Below, one piece after another: positions 1 to 13,375 of a DNA stretch of 49,703 nucleotides (positions within the stretch are counted from its first letter, which is position 1; the number at the start of each line of letters is the position of its first letter). The notes under the pieces were generated by a model. The model was not told the DNA's origin and made no database searches. It saw only the letters and a list, made by a program, of their open reading frames with translations. A program made the translations under genes and the position numbers. The stretch is from Catajapyx aquilonaris (lineage: Eukaryota), in NCBI GenBank assembly GCA_000934665.2, contig JYFJ02003320.1, positions 1-49,703 on the forward strand. The letters run 5' to 3'.

Positions 1-172
1 AACTGTTACTATTCATAATTATCCATTCTAAAGTCCAGATAATCTTAATGGAAACTTTTTATCACATCCTGTGTATAACCCCACCACTCCATTTTTTTGG
101 GGGTGTCCCAATATTTTCAGATCAGAGCAAGTAGTTAGCCACCGAGGTAGTCTAGTATAGTGGATTAGAAAC

Positions 173-264
173 TAGGGTGTAATTTTCGTCCCACTGCTAG
201 TTACTGCTAACTTAACAGTACCATTGCCAACGCTACTTAGCAGTGGGGCGAAAATTCCATCCTA
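173..264. mobile_element. Small MITE-like inverted repeat
   Basis: TAGGGTGTAATTTTCGTCCCACTGCTA ... TAGCAGTGGGGCGAAAATTCCATCCTA: ~27-bp imperfect TIRs with TA termini. Confidence 0.55.
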
Positions 265-566
265 TATGATTCGGGAGGACCTGCTGTGTCCTCCTAATCT
301 CGGTGCGCTTATATGGATTTCTGTGTTTCTCTCGGTAACTTCACAGATAATAATTCAGCTATGGTTTTCTTCCCGAAGGCTACAGCCGCTTCCTTCATTC
401 CATATCCTTATCTCCCAGTTGCAATGTATGTCATATAAAATATAAGATGCATTATCTGGCCTTCACTTCCTGTCGCAGTGTGTGCGACGTCAATGGGTCG
501 CAATTGATAGTTGGGCGATGATAAGATGCACACCAGACATAACACCTGACGGCTGACGCTCATATA

Positions 567-779
567 TAGATCGGTCAACATAAGAACGCAACCGAGTGTG
601 GCGTACAGGACGCAATCCTGGAATGAGAAGTGATCTGTGCGTAAGCACTATATGATCTGTTGTAGGTTACACTCATTTCTGACACTGGCATGGCCATACA
701 GATCACTTCTGATTCCAGTATTGCATCCTGCGTGCCACGGCGATGCACATTCGGTTGCGTTCTTATGTTGACCGATCTA
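567..779. mobile_element. MITE with TA-flanked TIRs (Tc1/mariner-type)
   Basis: TAGATCGGTCAACATAAGAACGCAACCGA is reverse-complementary to the right end; further internal arm similarity (GAAGTGATCTGT / ACAGATCACTTC). Confidence 0.8.
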
Positions 780-974
780 TATAGTCAAACAACAAGACGA
801 TAGTGAGTGCCCCAGAGGAGATGAAGAAATAGATGGACATAATTATACCATGAAATTATTTCCTCTCACAGTGAGTATGCATTAAAGTGGAAGAGTTCGA
901 AGATTATTTTATTGCACTGTACTCTATCGAGTTAATGCTCTGCTTTATGCGAGACTTCGGTAGCCTATAGTATA

Positions 975-1677
975 CAGGGTGATCGAAAAAGAATGCGCGG
1001 ATTTAAAAACCCTATAACTCGAAAACTTGTAGACATATCTAAATGATTTAAGTTTTGAAATGCTAAGAAATGTCTAAAGTTTTGGTTTCGCCTTAGTTTG
1101 TTTCGATATGAGCTTCATTTATCGATCGGCAGATTTTAAAAGGCGATTTTCAGTCTTATGCCCAACCCGCTCAATCATATCTGGAGATACCGTTGAAATC
1201 CTATCCCGTAGGTGCTGGATATCTCGGGTATTTACACCACACACATTGTTCTTGATTATTAAAATAAAAAGCCTCCTCATCCATGAAACAAACCTGCGGT
1301 AGAAAAATTTCATTTGTTCAGCCTCCCAGTGTACCAAGTCTTGAATGAGAAGTTTCCCCGTGACTAGCTCCCCCAGAAGCACAGATCTTACCCCGATGCA
1401 CATGTTTGTGGAGGTACATGTATGGTGAAAAGATTCGGCATCTTCATCACCTATGGGATAGGATCATACAAGGATGACTCGTCCAGACATGTCTGAGCGG
1501 GTTTGGCCGTATTTACGTTTTTTTGAGCGACAAATGCAGCTCATATCGAAACGAACTATGGTAAGACCAAAACTTTAGACATTTTGTAGAATTTCAGAGC
1601 TTAAATCATTTAGATAAGTCTAAAAGTTTTCGAGTTATAGGGTTCTAAAATACGCGCATTATTTTTCGATCACCCTG
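975..1677. mobile_element. Internally deleted Tc1/mariner-superfamily transposon with ~150-bp TIRs and transposase remnants
   Basis: TA|CAGGGTGATCGAAAAA ... TTTTTCGATCACCCTG|TA. The + strand carries decayed 'FSLPVYQVLNEKFP', 'PRSTDLTP' (cf. WPPRSPDLTP) and 'YGEKIRHLHHLWDRI'. Confidence 0.88.
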
Positions 1678-2202
1678 TACTACAAAGGAGGCCGGGGTCA
1701 GGAAGGAAGCCACATTTCTGTTTCTTGTCTGCTATCGACTACTGGTAATATATTGCGATAGGCTTCCTTTCAAAATTGACCCCCATTGTGGTGTATAATT
1801 TTGGTTCTGCTAAGTAACCTATCACGGCTGGGAAAAATATATTTGGAAGTTGACTGCATTCGTGTCAGGGCTACTGATCTAATTTTAGGTGAGTTTTGGA
1901 CTCAACGGTTAAACCAACCAGAAATATAATAGCATGATCATCTAACTAACTATGTGCATCAGCAATTACTGCAGTTTAGATGGGTGACACTCAAAGAGCT
2001 GCAAATTTTCGCACTTAATTTAAAGTAATTGGAGACTGTGATTAAGCCGAAGGCCCGCATCAGGCCAATTTCTGAACGCCATTTTCTCGAGACGATATTG
2101 CCGTGGTTTAAATGAGAGATTGATTATGATGTCAGAATGAACTAGTGCTATGCACTAGCGATCATGGAAATTCTCATATCTGCTAATTCGTAACTACAAA
2201 AT

Positions 2203-2305
2203 CTAATAATAGTAGCATTACCACTTTTGCTAATTCGTAACTACAAAACCTAGTAAAGGTTTTGTAGTTACGAATTAGCAAAAGTGGTAATGATACTATT
2301 ATTAG
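2203..2305. repeat. Near-perfect palindrome (49-bp arms, 5-nt spacer)
   Basis: 2203-2251 is the reverse complement of 2257-2305 with one mismatch; a direct copy of TGCTAATTCGTAACTACAAAA precedes it at 2181. Confidence 0.9.
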
Positions 2306-4097
2306 CAACAAAGTATTATTGATTATGGGCAACAATGAAAACTTAACATTAGTAAAAATATATCTCCACATTCATGGTCTACTCTCAATGCTGCAACTGG
2401 ACCTCATGCTGTGATAACCGTAATTAAATTAATTAAATCTGACAACAATATAAGAGCAGATCCTTTTATGACACAACTAAACGTAATGGCCTGATTATAT
2501 AGACACTGGGTGATAAACCAGGCCAATTGGTCACGCTGGTATACCCTGTCATTGCCATCACCTGCAGCACAGGCCTCACGTGGGGCGTGCTGATACCAAA
2601 GAACGAGTGTCCGCAATAATACTCTGTTTGGCAGATAGCACCATGAGCTAACGGACTCTGGCTCGGACCATCGTGTAACACCCAAATGTTAAAGCCTGTT
2701 GGAAGTCCCCGCTGATGGTATAGTGCTGATTCTTGTTAGTTTGTTTTAATTATGGCATTCCATTTTTTGTTCGTAGTTCTAGTGTACGATATATTCGTAT
2801 ATTCGGACAGTACTTTTCCAAAATATATGTCATTATTGCGGAAGTACTGTATAGGGCTGTGCCATTGCAGAGATTGGTGTGTGCAATATACATGTATTGT
2901 TGTTGCTATTACACAACTTACACATACAGTCTAATGGCTGAAACACACTACGATGTGACTGATACAAAAAGAAGAAGAAAGAAATTACCAAGCAGCCCTT
3001 TTATGATGTCACGAGATCAGTGTTTGGGAGAGTAATTTGGATATCTATCCTACAGGCTAACCAAATATACCCCTTGTGAAGACACTTGTATAGTTTTGCT
3101 GACAACAATCTCAAGGTCATTGGATAATTTGAATAGCTCTCGAACTCAACCACCAAGTTGTTTTCACCCGTTAACCTTGTGCGGTTAGGCGTGTAATATG
3201 TTCTGTTCCTTTCCTCTTTTTAGTGCCTATTTTGGTACACATGCGTAGATATTCGTCCAGTTCTTACTTACTGGTAACTGTTGCGTCAGCTTTGCACTTA
3301 GAATGTGCATTTTTGTTTGGATATGATTCATGGGTTTTCCGGTTGAGTTACTGAGAATCGTAGAAATTATTTTGAGACCTGAACGACCCTGGAGAGCAGT
3401 GGAAAATATTTTTTAGGCTCTGTAAAAAAAACAATCGAAATAACATTTAGTGCATGTATCTATTTAGGAATACTGTACTTTATTCGCATTTAAAATTAGC
3501 GGAAATCACGCAGTTGTCACTGGAGGGCAAGCTAAGGGCGAAAATAATGTGTAATAATTTTTTGTTTGTACAATCTCAAGGTAGTTAGGGAACCAAAAAG
3601 TATACACAACCCTGCACAGTGGGGAAGAGTCAGAAGCAATCCTGTCAGAAGTCTAAAAATCACAATTTTCATTGCACTACCAACCTATATCTGGGCCACA
3701 TATGTTCAGTCTATCATAACTCTTAACATTTTCGGCCTATGCCGCTATGCGGTGCAGTTAAGATGATTTTACGAGAGTGAAACGCGTGCTTTTTCAAAAC
3801 TTCCATATCACCTGTCCAGGTAGTACCTGTTAAGATTTTTTGATGCCGCGTAAAACCATATGGACCATAGTGAAACTTTAATTGTAGTATACATTGCATG
3901 GACCCTATACTGTATGTCTTGAAAATAATGAGATTGGACCTTGAATAGAGGCTTGGTGGGGCACTCGAATAAACCGAAAATCAACATGAGGTGGCAGTAA
4001 ACCTGTACAGATAGCAAAATTGCAACGTTAATATCAGGATTTTATACATTTTCAGAATCGAAAGCGAAACAGTGAGTTGTACATTTGAAACTGATAT

Positions 4098-4364
4098 AAT
4101 AATTCATACCCCGTTATCAGCCTATCGGCTCTTTAGGGGGGAAGTTTTGTTTTGCCTGGAACTCTTTGCTTTCATTTTACTGCGCTTTTTGGGATAGGAT
4201 AGGGACGGGAGGAAGCGGCTGTGGCCTATTAATTACGGAAACAACTCCGGAATTTTCCTGGAAGGACCGTGGGAAACCACAGAAAACCACGGTCAGAGTT
4301 GCCGGCCCCGGGATTTGATCCCAGGACCTCCCGATTAGCAGTCGGACTCCAAACTGCTTCGGTT
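4098..4364 (-). mobile_element. tRNA-derived SINE, family B (partly deleted copy)
   Basis: 15-bp TSD ATTTGAAACTGATAT (4083-4097 / 4365-4379); head and body homologous to 32633-33071 (GGAAGCGGCTGTGGCCT...AAACCACAGAAAACCA...CCCAGGACCTCCCGATTAGCAGTCGGAC). Confidence 0.9.
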
Positions 4365-7300
4365 ATTTGAAACTGATATTAACTTACTGTGTTAGCAACA
4401 ACCTCTACTAAAAATTATCCAGGGGCCCGTGGCTAGATCCATTGTTGTTGAATTTACACTTGTGTGTAAGGATTTCGGGGCTATTGGGGACCCGCCCCAC
4501 CATCGGTTCTTTCATTCATCTCCTAATGATTCTATTGACATGGACTACGCGGTCATGACTAATGCAGTATTACTATTATAGGAACCGTACAACTTGAACT
4601 GAGTCGAAGCATCAGTTAATGAATATCGCCTGTTCACCCTAATTGAATGTATGTTATTTGCATAAAAGGTTAAGGGAAATGATTACACAAAAGAAAATGT
4701 AGTGCTCTGAGTCATGACACACGATTTGTCCAATAATACAGTACAAAACAAAGTGCATTGCTCGTTCTCTTATGGAAATGCTGTAATCGATGTCAGGTGC
4801 TCCATCCCGATGATATAAGACCATGATGGTGATTACTTTGGAGGAACTCTTCCCTCTTTCCCGTTTCTATATTTACATATGTCACGTTCAAAGACCCGTA
4901 TCTCTTACATTTTTGGTAGTAATCATAAATTAAAACATAAGGAACCATATCGCAACGTTATATACCTCCTTTCCCGGAGATTGAGAACTGGATTCTGGTC
5001 GATGAGAGCCTGCCCTGAAGAAGTTATTTGGGAATTTTAAGCTAGCTTTCTTGCGCACGGGTGTGGAGTTGGTTTTGTTGAACAGCTTAGGTGTAAGCAG
5101 ACATTTTAGAAGTCTAAACCTCTGTCGATATTAGGTTGTTGAACAGTGAGTGCTGCGGAACATCCTGGGTGTTAGGCTTCCCTATGAACAAGCGAGGCAT
5201 GAGTGTGGCTATGGACAGTCAGGATGAACTTCCTGTACTTCAGACAGAAACGTTCAGATGTGGTTTCTTCGAGTAACTGGAAAAATGACTCAAATTCTGA
5301 AATGATGATTAAAACATGCGATTGCCAGTTCGGTTGGAATTCTCCCGGAAGGAATGGATCAGTGATCGGTGAAGGATGACAGCATGACAAGAAATATTTC
5401 CATCGAGTGTTGAACGAAATGTCGAATGGATAAAACTGCTGAATGAGCCTCCACCAAAATGTATTTGATACCTGGATGATATCGGTGCGACATCCAGCAG
5501 TCACTGATGAGATGTATACGATGAATATAGCTGAACTCCTGGTAATAAGGTTAGGAAGAGCTCACAAGTCGGTATCGTGTAACATTGTGGTTATTATTAC
5601 TCAGTTTTATTCTGACTCGTTCATGTATACAAGGCACTCGTATGCTATCTTGATTCCGTTATCCGGATCTGGAAACATCTTGCGGATGAAGTAGACTGTT
5701 ATACTTCACTTATGCCCGGAGTGAGGCGCCGCCGCTATGATTTATCAGGGCTTTTGTTTCTCGTTGTAGTTTATGTAATCGCCGGAAACCATTCACGTTT
5801 CCTCAGAACCAAGTTTCCATAATTAGTACAATAATTACCTGCGAGGAATTCTGGCTGGTTTTTGATTTTTACAGACAGATATAGAGTACAAAGAACCGTC
5901 TATAAATTACGTAATGCTGAAGGGGTTAAGCCCGTGTTGCTATGGTTACTAGGGGGTGGGAGGTGGCCTGGGTTTATATTACGTAACGATTTTAGTCTTC
6001 TGTTACTTAGGAGATGCTCCCGAAATGATAATTTTCTGTATCCTATACTATACCTATCTACTGGACTATACAGTATGTATACTATGAAGTTGTTTTAATA
6101 GCTGTTTTACTATGTCTCTGTTTTTCCGTGCCTTCCTCCCATACATACCAGGTTTTTTTTTGCTCCCGCTATAATAATTTATTAGTGTAACGTAAATATT
6201 ATTAGCAAATTCTCATTTACCATTTTTTATACAGGATAATAATCAAACAGTAAAATGAAGTCTCAGCCTATATTCACTCTGAATGACTTGTAGTGAACCA
6301 TGTTTTTGTCAGCCTCCCTTTCACTGGGCGTGCGCAATCCATTGACGGTATTACAGTTCCTGTTGCACTTCAAAGCAGCTTATTCTCTTTCTACCGAAAG
6401 TGAGCTCAGGGACTGCAACACTATTCATTTCGTATAAAGGCGTCATTTTTGCTCTCATAATTTCTACACTGTTACTTTATGGTATGAAATGTTCACTCTG
6501 GGCTTCCCTTGCATTTTGCACCTATACTTCGCCCAATGCAACGCCGGGAACGAAGATAAAATGAGCATTGTTACATGCTTAATTAGGCATGAGGGTGTGT
6601 CGCCTATATTCGTCAGATGCAAGAAGTGTGCGTTTAGTATAATTACTTTGTCGGTTGACTATAACCCTGAGCGTGTTGACAGCAATAAGTGCGAGGAAGG
6701 GGATTCTGACATGCAGAAGGATGATGATAATGACGACGACGACAACTATTATAATAATTATTATGGTTACGATTATTATTAATAATAATGATGATAATAA
6801 TAATAATAAAGGTAATTAAGATATTTTAAAACCTATATATTTGTCACACTGCAGTTGGCGCATATGAGAGGAGAGCAAATCCCTCGAGAGAATCACGCAA
6901 GCTTACATCACTTGCACGTTTATTGATTTTGTTCAAAGTCACGGTACCACATTTATCAGCACTTTGAATTTGGAGCTATCATTGTGTATATGGCGCCTAG
7001 TATGACGGCTAACGTAATATGTAGAACAATGTTGTTTACAGAAGTAATAATAGGCCTGTAATCTCACCAACATTGTAGGCCTACCAGTGCCATGCGTCAT
7101 GGGCGAAATGGAGCCAGTGTTTGTTATGTCTGCTATACTAGCGTGATCTATTTTATTGATAATTGTACATCGTAACGTTCCGACTTTTAAACCCGGTTAA
7201 CTTTTCGTAAGTCAATTTTATTCATTAATTACAAACCTATACAGCTATGCCCGTATATGTAGCTTGAAATGAAGACAAGACGAATCTTCCCAAAACCTGC

Positions 7301-7449
7301 AGTGCATTAGCCTGTGAATTTTATTAATGACTACATCCTGCATTACAGCGACAGTATAGTCAGTGAAGTCCAGCCGATGCACCTGATATGGAAATTAAAA
7401 TATTGTGCTCTGGATACCGGCCTCCAATATGAACATTAGACCGAAAGAC

Positions 7450-7960
7450 ATGTGAGCGATTGAGTGATCGATCGATCGATCGATTCCTTAGGCGTTTGGA
7501 CGAAGGGATGAATGAATGAGGTCCTGGAGGCGTGCGTTTGTGTACCCCCTTAACCAGGCATCCCACCCACCCACACACGCACGCACTCACGCACGCACTC
7601 CGGACAGGTAGGGGTGCCGGTGAAGGAAAGAGGACGATGCTGCAGCTTGCATTGGACCGCAGGCAGGCAGGCACCAACCATATCGATCTAGGACAAAGCT
7701 TTCAAATGGAAATTGGTCCTGGAGAAGGCTGTTTGTTGGCATGGCAACGGGAGAGAGGGAGGGAGGGATGGGAGGAAGGAGGGAGGACCATGGCAACGCC
7801 ATTGATTCGCCCAGCTTCCCTCCTCCTTCCCCTACCCCCGTCCCTCCCGGTCCATTCTTGCACGCGCGCACACGCATGTACGCATTGTCCACGCAGTCCA
7901 CTGTTGGTACATGATCGGTTTGCGTCCCGGGTTGGGTGGGGTGCGTAACAATGCACCCAT
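7450..7960 (-). promoter_or_regulatory. GC/CpG-rich promoter-like region with RFX X-box motifs; possible first exon of a divergent minus-strand gene
   Basis: GTTGGCATGGCAAC at 7735-7748, CCATGGCAAC at 7788-7797, DRE-like TATCGATC at 7681, purine tracts, and a minus-strand donor GTGAGT (ACTCAC at 7585-7590). Confidence 0.35.
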
Positions 7961-10710
7961 GACAGCAGAGCCCACCTGCGTTTCTCTGGCCGGTTCGAGA
8001 TATTGTGATTGCAGGAAGGGGTTGGGAAATTTTGGCAGGGTTGTCCGGATTATATGTATTCACCTAAGCTACCCGGGCGTTACCCTCCAACAATTCCACT
8101 GGAGGGCAAAAACAGATTGACCTGGCTTAAATGTACAGAGGAAACATCATCGAACTTAGCAAGCTGGGGGACCAATATAGTAATAAATTGCAAATTAACG
8201 AGCGGTAATTACTTTTCCGACTGCTGTTGTCCAGCAACAGGCCCTCCTCCTCTTATGCCCGGTTCTACCAACCGTACTATCTGTTAATTCGTTGTTATAG
8301 CTAGCCCCTCAGTCGCGGTTAAACTGCTCATATTAAAAGAGTGCTTTTCCGAACGACGGAATTTGGCCAGTTAACTCTTGGACCTGACGAAAGATGTGTA
8401 CGGGTACCACTGTGCTGCCGGTACCGTGGCCTTTAGGCACCCTAGACGGACATATGCGAATTTTTTCAACCCTATGGTGGGGGGCGAAAGGCGTGCCGGT
8501 CATCCGCACCAAAGTGCACCAAGAAAATCCAATTTTGACCACTAAAACCGATCAGTATTTTGACGTAAATGTAGGGCTTTGTTGGCCCGGCTGGCGGTCA
8601 ATTAAATTCAAGCAACAGGCCGTATAAAATGCGCCTATTAGGTACATAATCTGCATTAAATGAGATGTTGCGGAAAACAAATACATTAAATACTGGTCAG
8701 TGATTTGCGTAACCTTCTAGTTCACCAAAATGTGTACGAAAAGTCTTAGGACAAACCGTATTACGTATTTGAAATTATTTACGGGCACTGACAATGCTCT
8801 GGATTTTTCATATTTAAATAGTGGCTAAATCTCGCTCGCGTTGTTGGCTAAATACAGAGTGTTGGGCACGGCCATGTTGGATTGACCTCAGTTTTAAGCT
8901 AATAAACGGTGTAGCCCACTGCGTTGCAGGAACACAGTCCACTGTTTAATCAGCACTAAGCTATGTAGCTCTTAACTGTCAGTTATGGAACCGGGTACGC
9001 ATTGGGTATACATACGCTGTTTGAGATATACTTGTATTCACTGAAGTATTAATATAATACGGCTAACAGTAAATATTTTATGCTTAAAGCACACACAGTT
9101 CATTTATCATGATAACACATGATTTCAGGCTTTCAGCTCTCTGTAACCTGGTGGAAGTGACTTCTTCCTGATTCAATCAATGCAGAGATGCTATATGTGC
9201 ACCATCTGCAGATATAACGGTGCAGACAAACGTAAAAGCCATATCTTTTGCCTCCGACGTTATTAGTCGAAGCGATAGTGCGACATGGGCGGAAGTCGAT
9301 CAAAATCTAATGGGAAGCTGGAGAAGTGGAGGGAGGGGGAAGCCAGCGTTATGTAATTGAGAAATGGGGAGGGGTCTGGAGAGCTTGCGGTTGGGGGGGT
9401 CAACGAGGGCTATAAAGAATCCGCGAAAAACAGCTTACTGATACGTGAATGGCGTGAACACGGCGTGTAAGCGGTCAATGAATGTGTTTGAAGTGTGTGT
9501 TATTTTAACAAAGCATGGATTACAGGATTTATAGAAAGGAGAGGTATTAGTACAGGATGGGAGTTGGCAATGGAATACCGGTGTTGGGAGGAGTGAGGGG
9601 AGGTTTTTGTTCTCACCAGCCAGCTATCATTATAGTACAAAAAAGTGAGCCCGTCGAAATGCTTCATTTATACCGATAGGCACGTGAGTGAGTAGGTACT
9701 TCAGGGCAGGCCGCTTTTACACCCGACGAAGTTCATCAATACTCGTCATCAGCCTCTTGAACGCCCTTGTTGCCTATATGTATTGCTTTGGGGAGGAGGT
9801 CCTTGTACTGCACATGTTGCTAGATGAGTCAGTGTGGTCAAATAATCGTGGGGTTTGCGATTAGAATTGGAATAAAAAGTTGCACGTTCTTATTAAGGAA
9901 TTGTTTTCTGAAATTGGCGTATTTTCTACGTGTCACTACAGAGATCACCGCTTGCGCTGATGCCATATACTGTAGTAATAGCCACTTAGGGCGGAGAGAA
10001 CTGAACATGAGTTCGATGCTCCCCGTTTTGTAAAGACAAATTCCGGACAGGGCGTGCTTTCATTTTGATTGCCTTATTTTTTGCATGTATATTGCTATGA
10101 GAATGATATGGGCTGGCCACCTTTGCACAATAGTATAGGCCTACTCTGTTGGGAGTCATGGGTATTACATATCAGTTTTATATTTTCATATCCCCCCCCC
10201 CCCCTCCCTCCCGGAATGACAAAAAACAGAAGCGCAGGCATGCGCTCCTGCCACGTGAAGTATTCGCTGTATGGAATGTATTCCTGTTCAATAGCGGCTC
10301 TTATCAGGAATTGTGTACTGTACCTACGAGACATGAGACGAGACCTCTATTTATTTAGCAGTAAAAGCAAAGCAATCTGCATGAAGTTAGTTTAACTGAA
10401 GGCTATTTTCATTTAATTTGGACGTCACTGACTGAATGGTATTATCAAATTGTATTAAAGGTTATGAAAGGTGTATGGGTTAGCTATCTGTCCTAGATGG
10501 AAGGCAACGCCAAGGGTCATTTTCGTTCTCCACTCCCTGTTTAGTTGTCCGAGGACAGCTCTGGTGGATTTAATTGATACTGCAAATTCAGTTTCCTGGG
10601 GTCCTGTGTTGAATTGGACTCCAGCCTCTTGAGATACGCGCGTGCCCATTTGAGATATACATCTTCGTCATTGTGTACAAGTGCGCGCCAATGCAGTATA
10701 CAATGATCAC

Positions 10711-10802
10711 GCGTGTGCGAACATCTCGAGATACAGGTGCACTTGCACCTGTATCTCGAGATGTTCGCACACGCCTCGTACTTGCACCGTGCAAGTACGA
10801 GG
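10711..10802. repeat. Two abutting perfect hairpins (31-bp arms with 2-nt loop; 14-bp arms with 1-nt loop)
   Basis: GCGTGTGCGAACATCTCGAGATACAGGTGCA-CT-TGCACCTGTATCTCGAGATGTTCGCACACGC, then CCTCGTACTTGCAC-C-GTGCAAGTACGAGG. Confidence 0.92.
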
Positions 10803-12619
10803 TTCTATCATTGGAGAATTTGTACTTGTGCCCTACCCCCTCTATTACACATAGTGAACTCCTTCGAGCACTAATAATAAGGATTTTAAAAATCACGATT
10901 CCTATAGGATGCAGTCCGTTTTTCTGAGGTCTGAAAGGTAAACCCCATGGCAAGAGATCAAAATCGGGAGAAATTTGGGGTCGTCTGGTATATATGGAGG
11001 CGCCCCCAGTCAGATTTTAGAAAATCCATACCTGGTGTCTATGCCGTCATGCCGGTACAGAGCGAAGTTGTGTGTACATTTTACCAGCGAAGAATACCTG
11101 AAGTGTAAGCGATAAAAATTTCTATGCTATAACTTCCCAACGCTTGATATAATGCAAGATTAATTTTTAATAAATATGAATTCACATTTATACTTTATAT
11201 CTACTTGCCCAACCTCAGAATAATTCCGCCACCTCTCTCTATAGTCGTATTTCTGTCCACACAATGCATTTTTACTGTAATACACAGTAAATTCAGTAGC
11301 GGTTAAAAATGACGTGTAATTATTTATAAGGGAAGAATAAAATTATGAAATTTGCCCAACTTGAGATACCGGCCCCAATGCCGCTTCCCACCCAGCGTCC
11401 ATTTCAAATTGACGCCCTGCAACATCAATGGAGTCTCGGGTCTCTGGCGGGACAAGAAAAAAACTTTGTCAATAGAAGCGTTTCATGTGACAATGGGGAT
11501 TTAAGGTGAATGAGGATGAGATCAGGGTTTCAGGAGGAGTCGTTGATGTCTTTCAAACACGCATTCACGAATTGCCACCTGGACCTCGGGAGCCTCGGGG
11601 AATGGCGAATTGTCGTGAAGTGTGCACGACAACATGCAACCAATCCACCGATGTGTTTCGCCTTGCTTGCACTTTACAAATGCAGCAGAGTATCAGACTG
11701 TACCTGCCCTTGAATTACTCTTACTCAGCAAAGCGTGTTTTACTTGCATCGAAAGGTCGTTGGGTGATGGCCAGCTAGTCTTGATCTGTATTCCTGCATG
11801 CATGCAATCTTGTTTCCTGTAAAACCTGCAAGGAGCGCGTCTTTTGCCTGGCGTTATTATTCTGGAGAAATCAATTGTTTCAATAGTGGCGTGCCTATGT
11901 CTGAAATCTATGGGCGGCGACGCGACGTGTCGCGGGTTTGACGATAGAAAGAATCAGGTGGTGACCACCCTGGACGTTATTGCATTGCCGCACAATACAC
12001 TAGGCTGTCCAGTGGCCAGACCTTGCACCGAATGACCTTCACTTGTTTCTCCTACAAAAGTTTTCAACAGGCGAGGAGAACGGCAACGGTGTTAAGTTGA
12101 TGGATTTGTCGCGCCCTATCGAGTTCGAGTTCCAACATGGACGATGGCGCATTTAGGGAAGATACTAGATCGGTTTTTACCGTCTGAGCAGCCACTGCCT
12201 TCATTTTACTCGCCCTGTCCCGTGGTCGTCACTTCCTTCCCGTCTTTGCGTGGCCATCTCAGCAACCAAAGTGACAATGTCGGTACTTACGACGGTAGAT
12301 ATGAATGTTGCATCGTCCATATTGGAACTCGAACCCGGCTCCACGGCCACTAATCCATCAACTTTACTCTGTTGCCACATTTCAGGAATGTTGACGTTTT
12401 GCATAGTAACACTCTGTATGTGCATGCTACATGATGTGTGAAAGTGAAACGATGAAAAACTTACATATTTCGCTTTGAACTCAAGCAACAGTTGCGCGAT
12501 TGGGGTTGCGTGCGATTTTCCCTTCATGGAAAGAGAAACCTTTTTTTTTTTTTTTGCAGTTACAGTACATCACGATCCGTTGATATCCTCTTCCCGTACA
12601 GTACAGCCCTATATTCACT

Positions 12620-12830
12620 ACATAAAGGTCGTCAGTAACTCTCGCATAATGGGCTGGCATAGGGTTATTTGTTGAGCTGTTCCAAGACTAAACTGCTTCA
12701 TATCATTTTTGGCTGGTATAGGCCCAATTACGACATGCAACGGCAATTGAATGCGCACATTCAGTGACGTTTGAGATGCGAATGTTAGTGAATATCCTGC
12801 TGGATATACGACTCGGCTATCACGGGCAGA
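12620..12830 (+). repeat. Old dispersed repeat, homologous to 25235-25432 on the opposite strand
   Basis: Shared diverged blocks (AGTAACTCTCGCATAATGGG vs AGTAGTTCTCGAATAATGGG; GAATATCCTGC). The 25.4-kb copy begins TACAGGGTG, like Tc1/mariner ends. Confidence 0.55.
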
Positions 12831-13375
12831 AAGTCATATTCACTTTACTCGTGAGAAGTTGCTATACTGGACGACAACTATGAAGGGGTCCCTGGTTTAA
12901 TCCCTGCATCACATCGTAGATCTATATCCACCTAGAGGGGATATTATAAGCGTGTCAGCTCGAGCTTGGTGGAGGTGGGCAGGGAGGGTGGCCATAATGG
13001 CTGGCCTACACAAGACCATTTCCCCTCTAGGCGGCTATAGACAAGCACAGGTGTGATGCAGCGCAATTTTACCATGGACCCCTCCGTAATTTTTGCACAG
13101 TGGCGCACGTCGTCAAAGAGCCTCCAGGTCAAGGAATCACCCGATGTGCTCGTAGGAATTTTTAATACTGCCATGCATATTGCTACACTTACAAAAATAT
13201 TTTCGGGTGTGTACGATCACAAATATTACTCTGACGATCTCTAAGTAACTGATGAGCACTGCCTTTGCATGAATAGTATGAGCTCTCAACTTTTTGGTCC
13301 TTCGCCTGCGTGGCTTCATGGGGTGAGGGTAATTGCTTAAAAACAGCTTAGCATCAATTGGGACATCAATTATAA

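Noticed and set aside
1879..1894. CTAATTTTAG|GTGAGT, a possible recursive splice site or exon donor
   Set aside because: Very short pyrimidine tract and no supported + strand transcript here.
4900..5760. Coding-like stretch, possibly a decayed retroelement
   Set aside because: No RT, endonuclease or transposase motif could be recognised in the frames examined.
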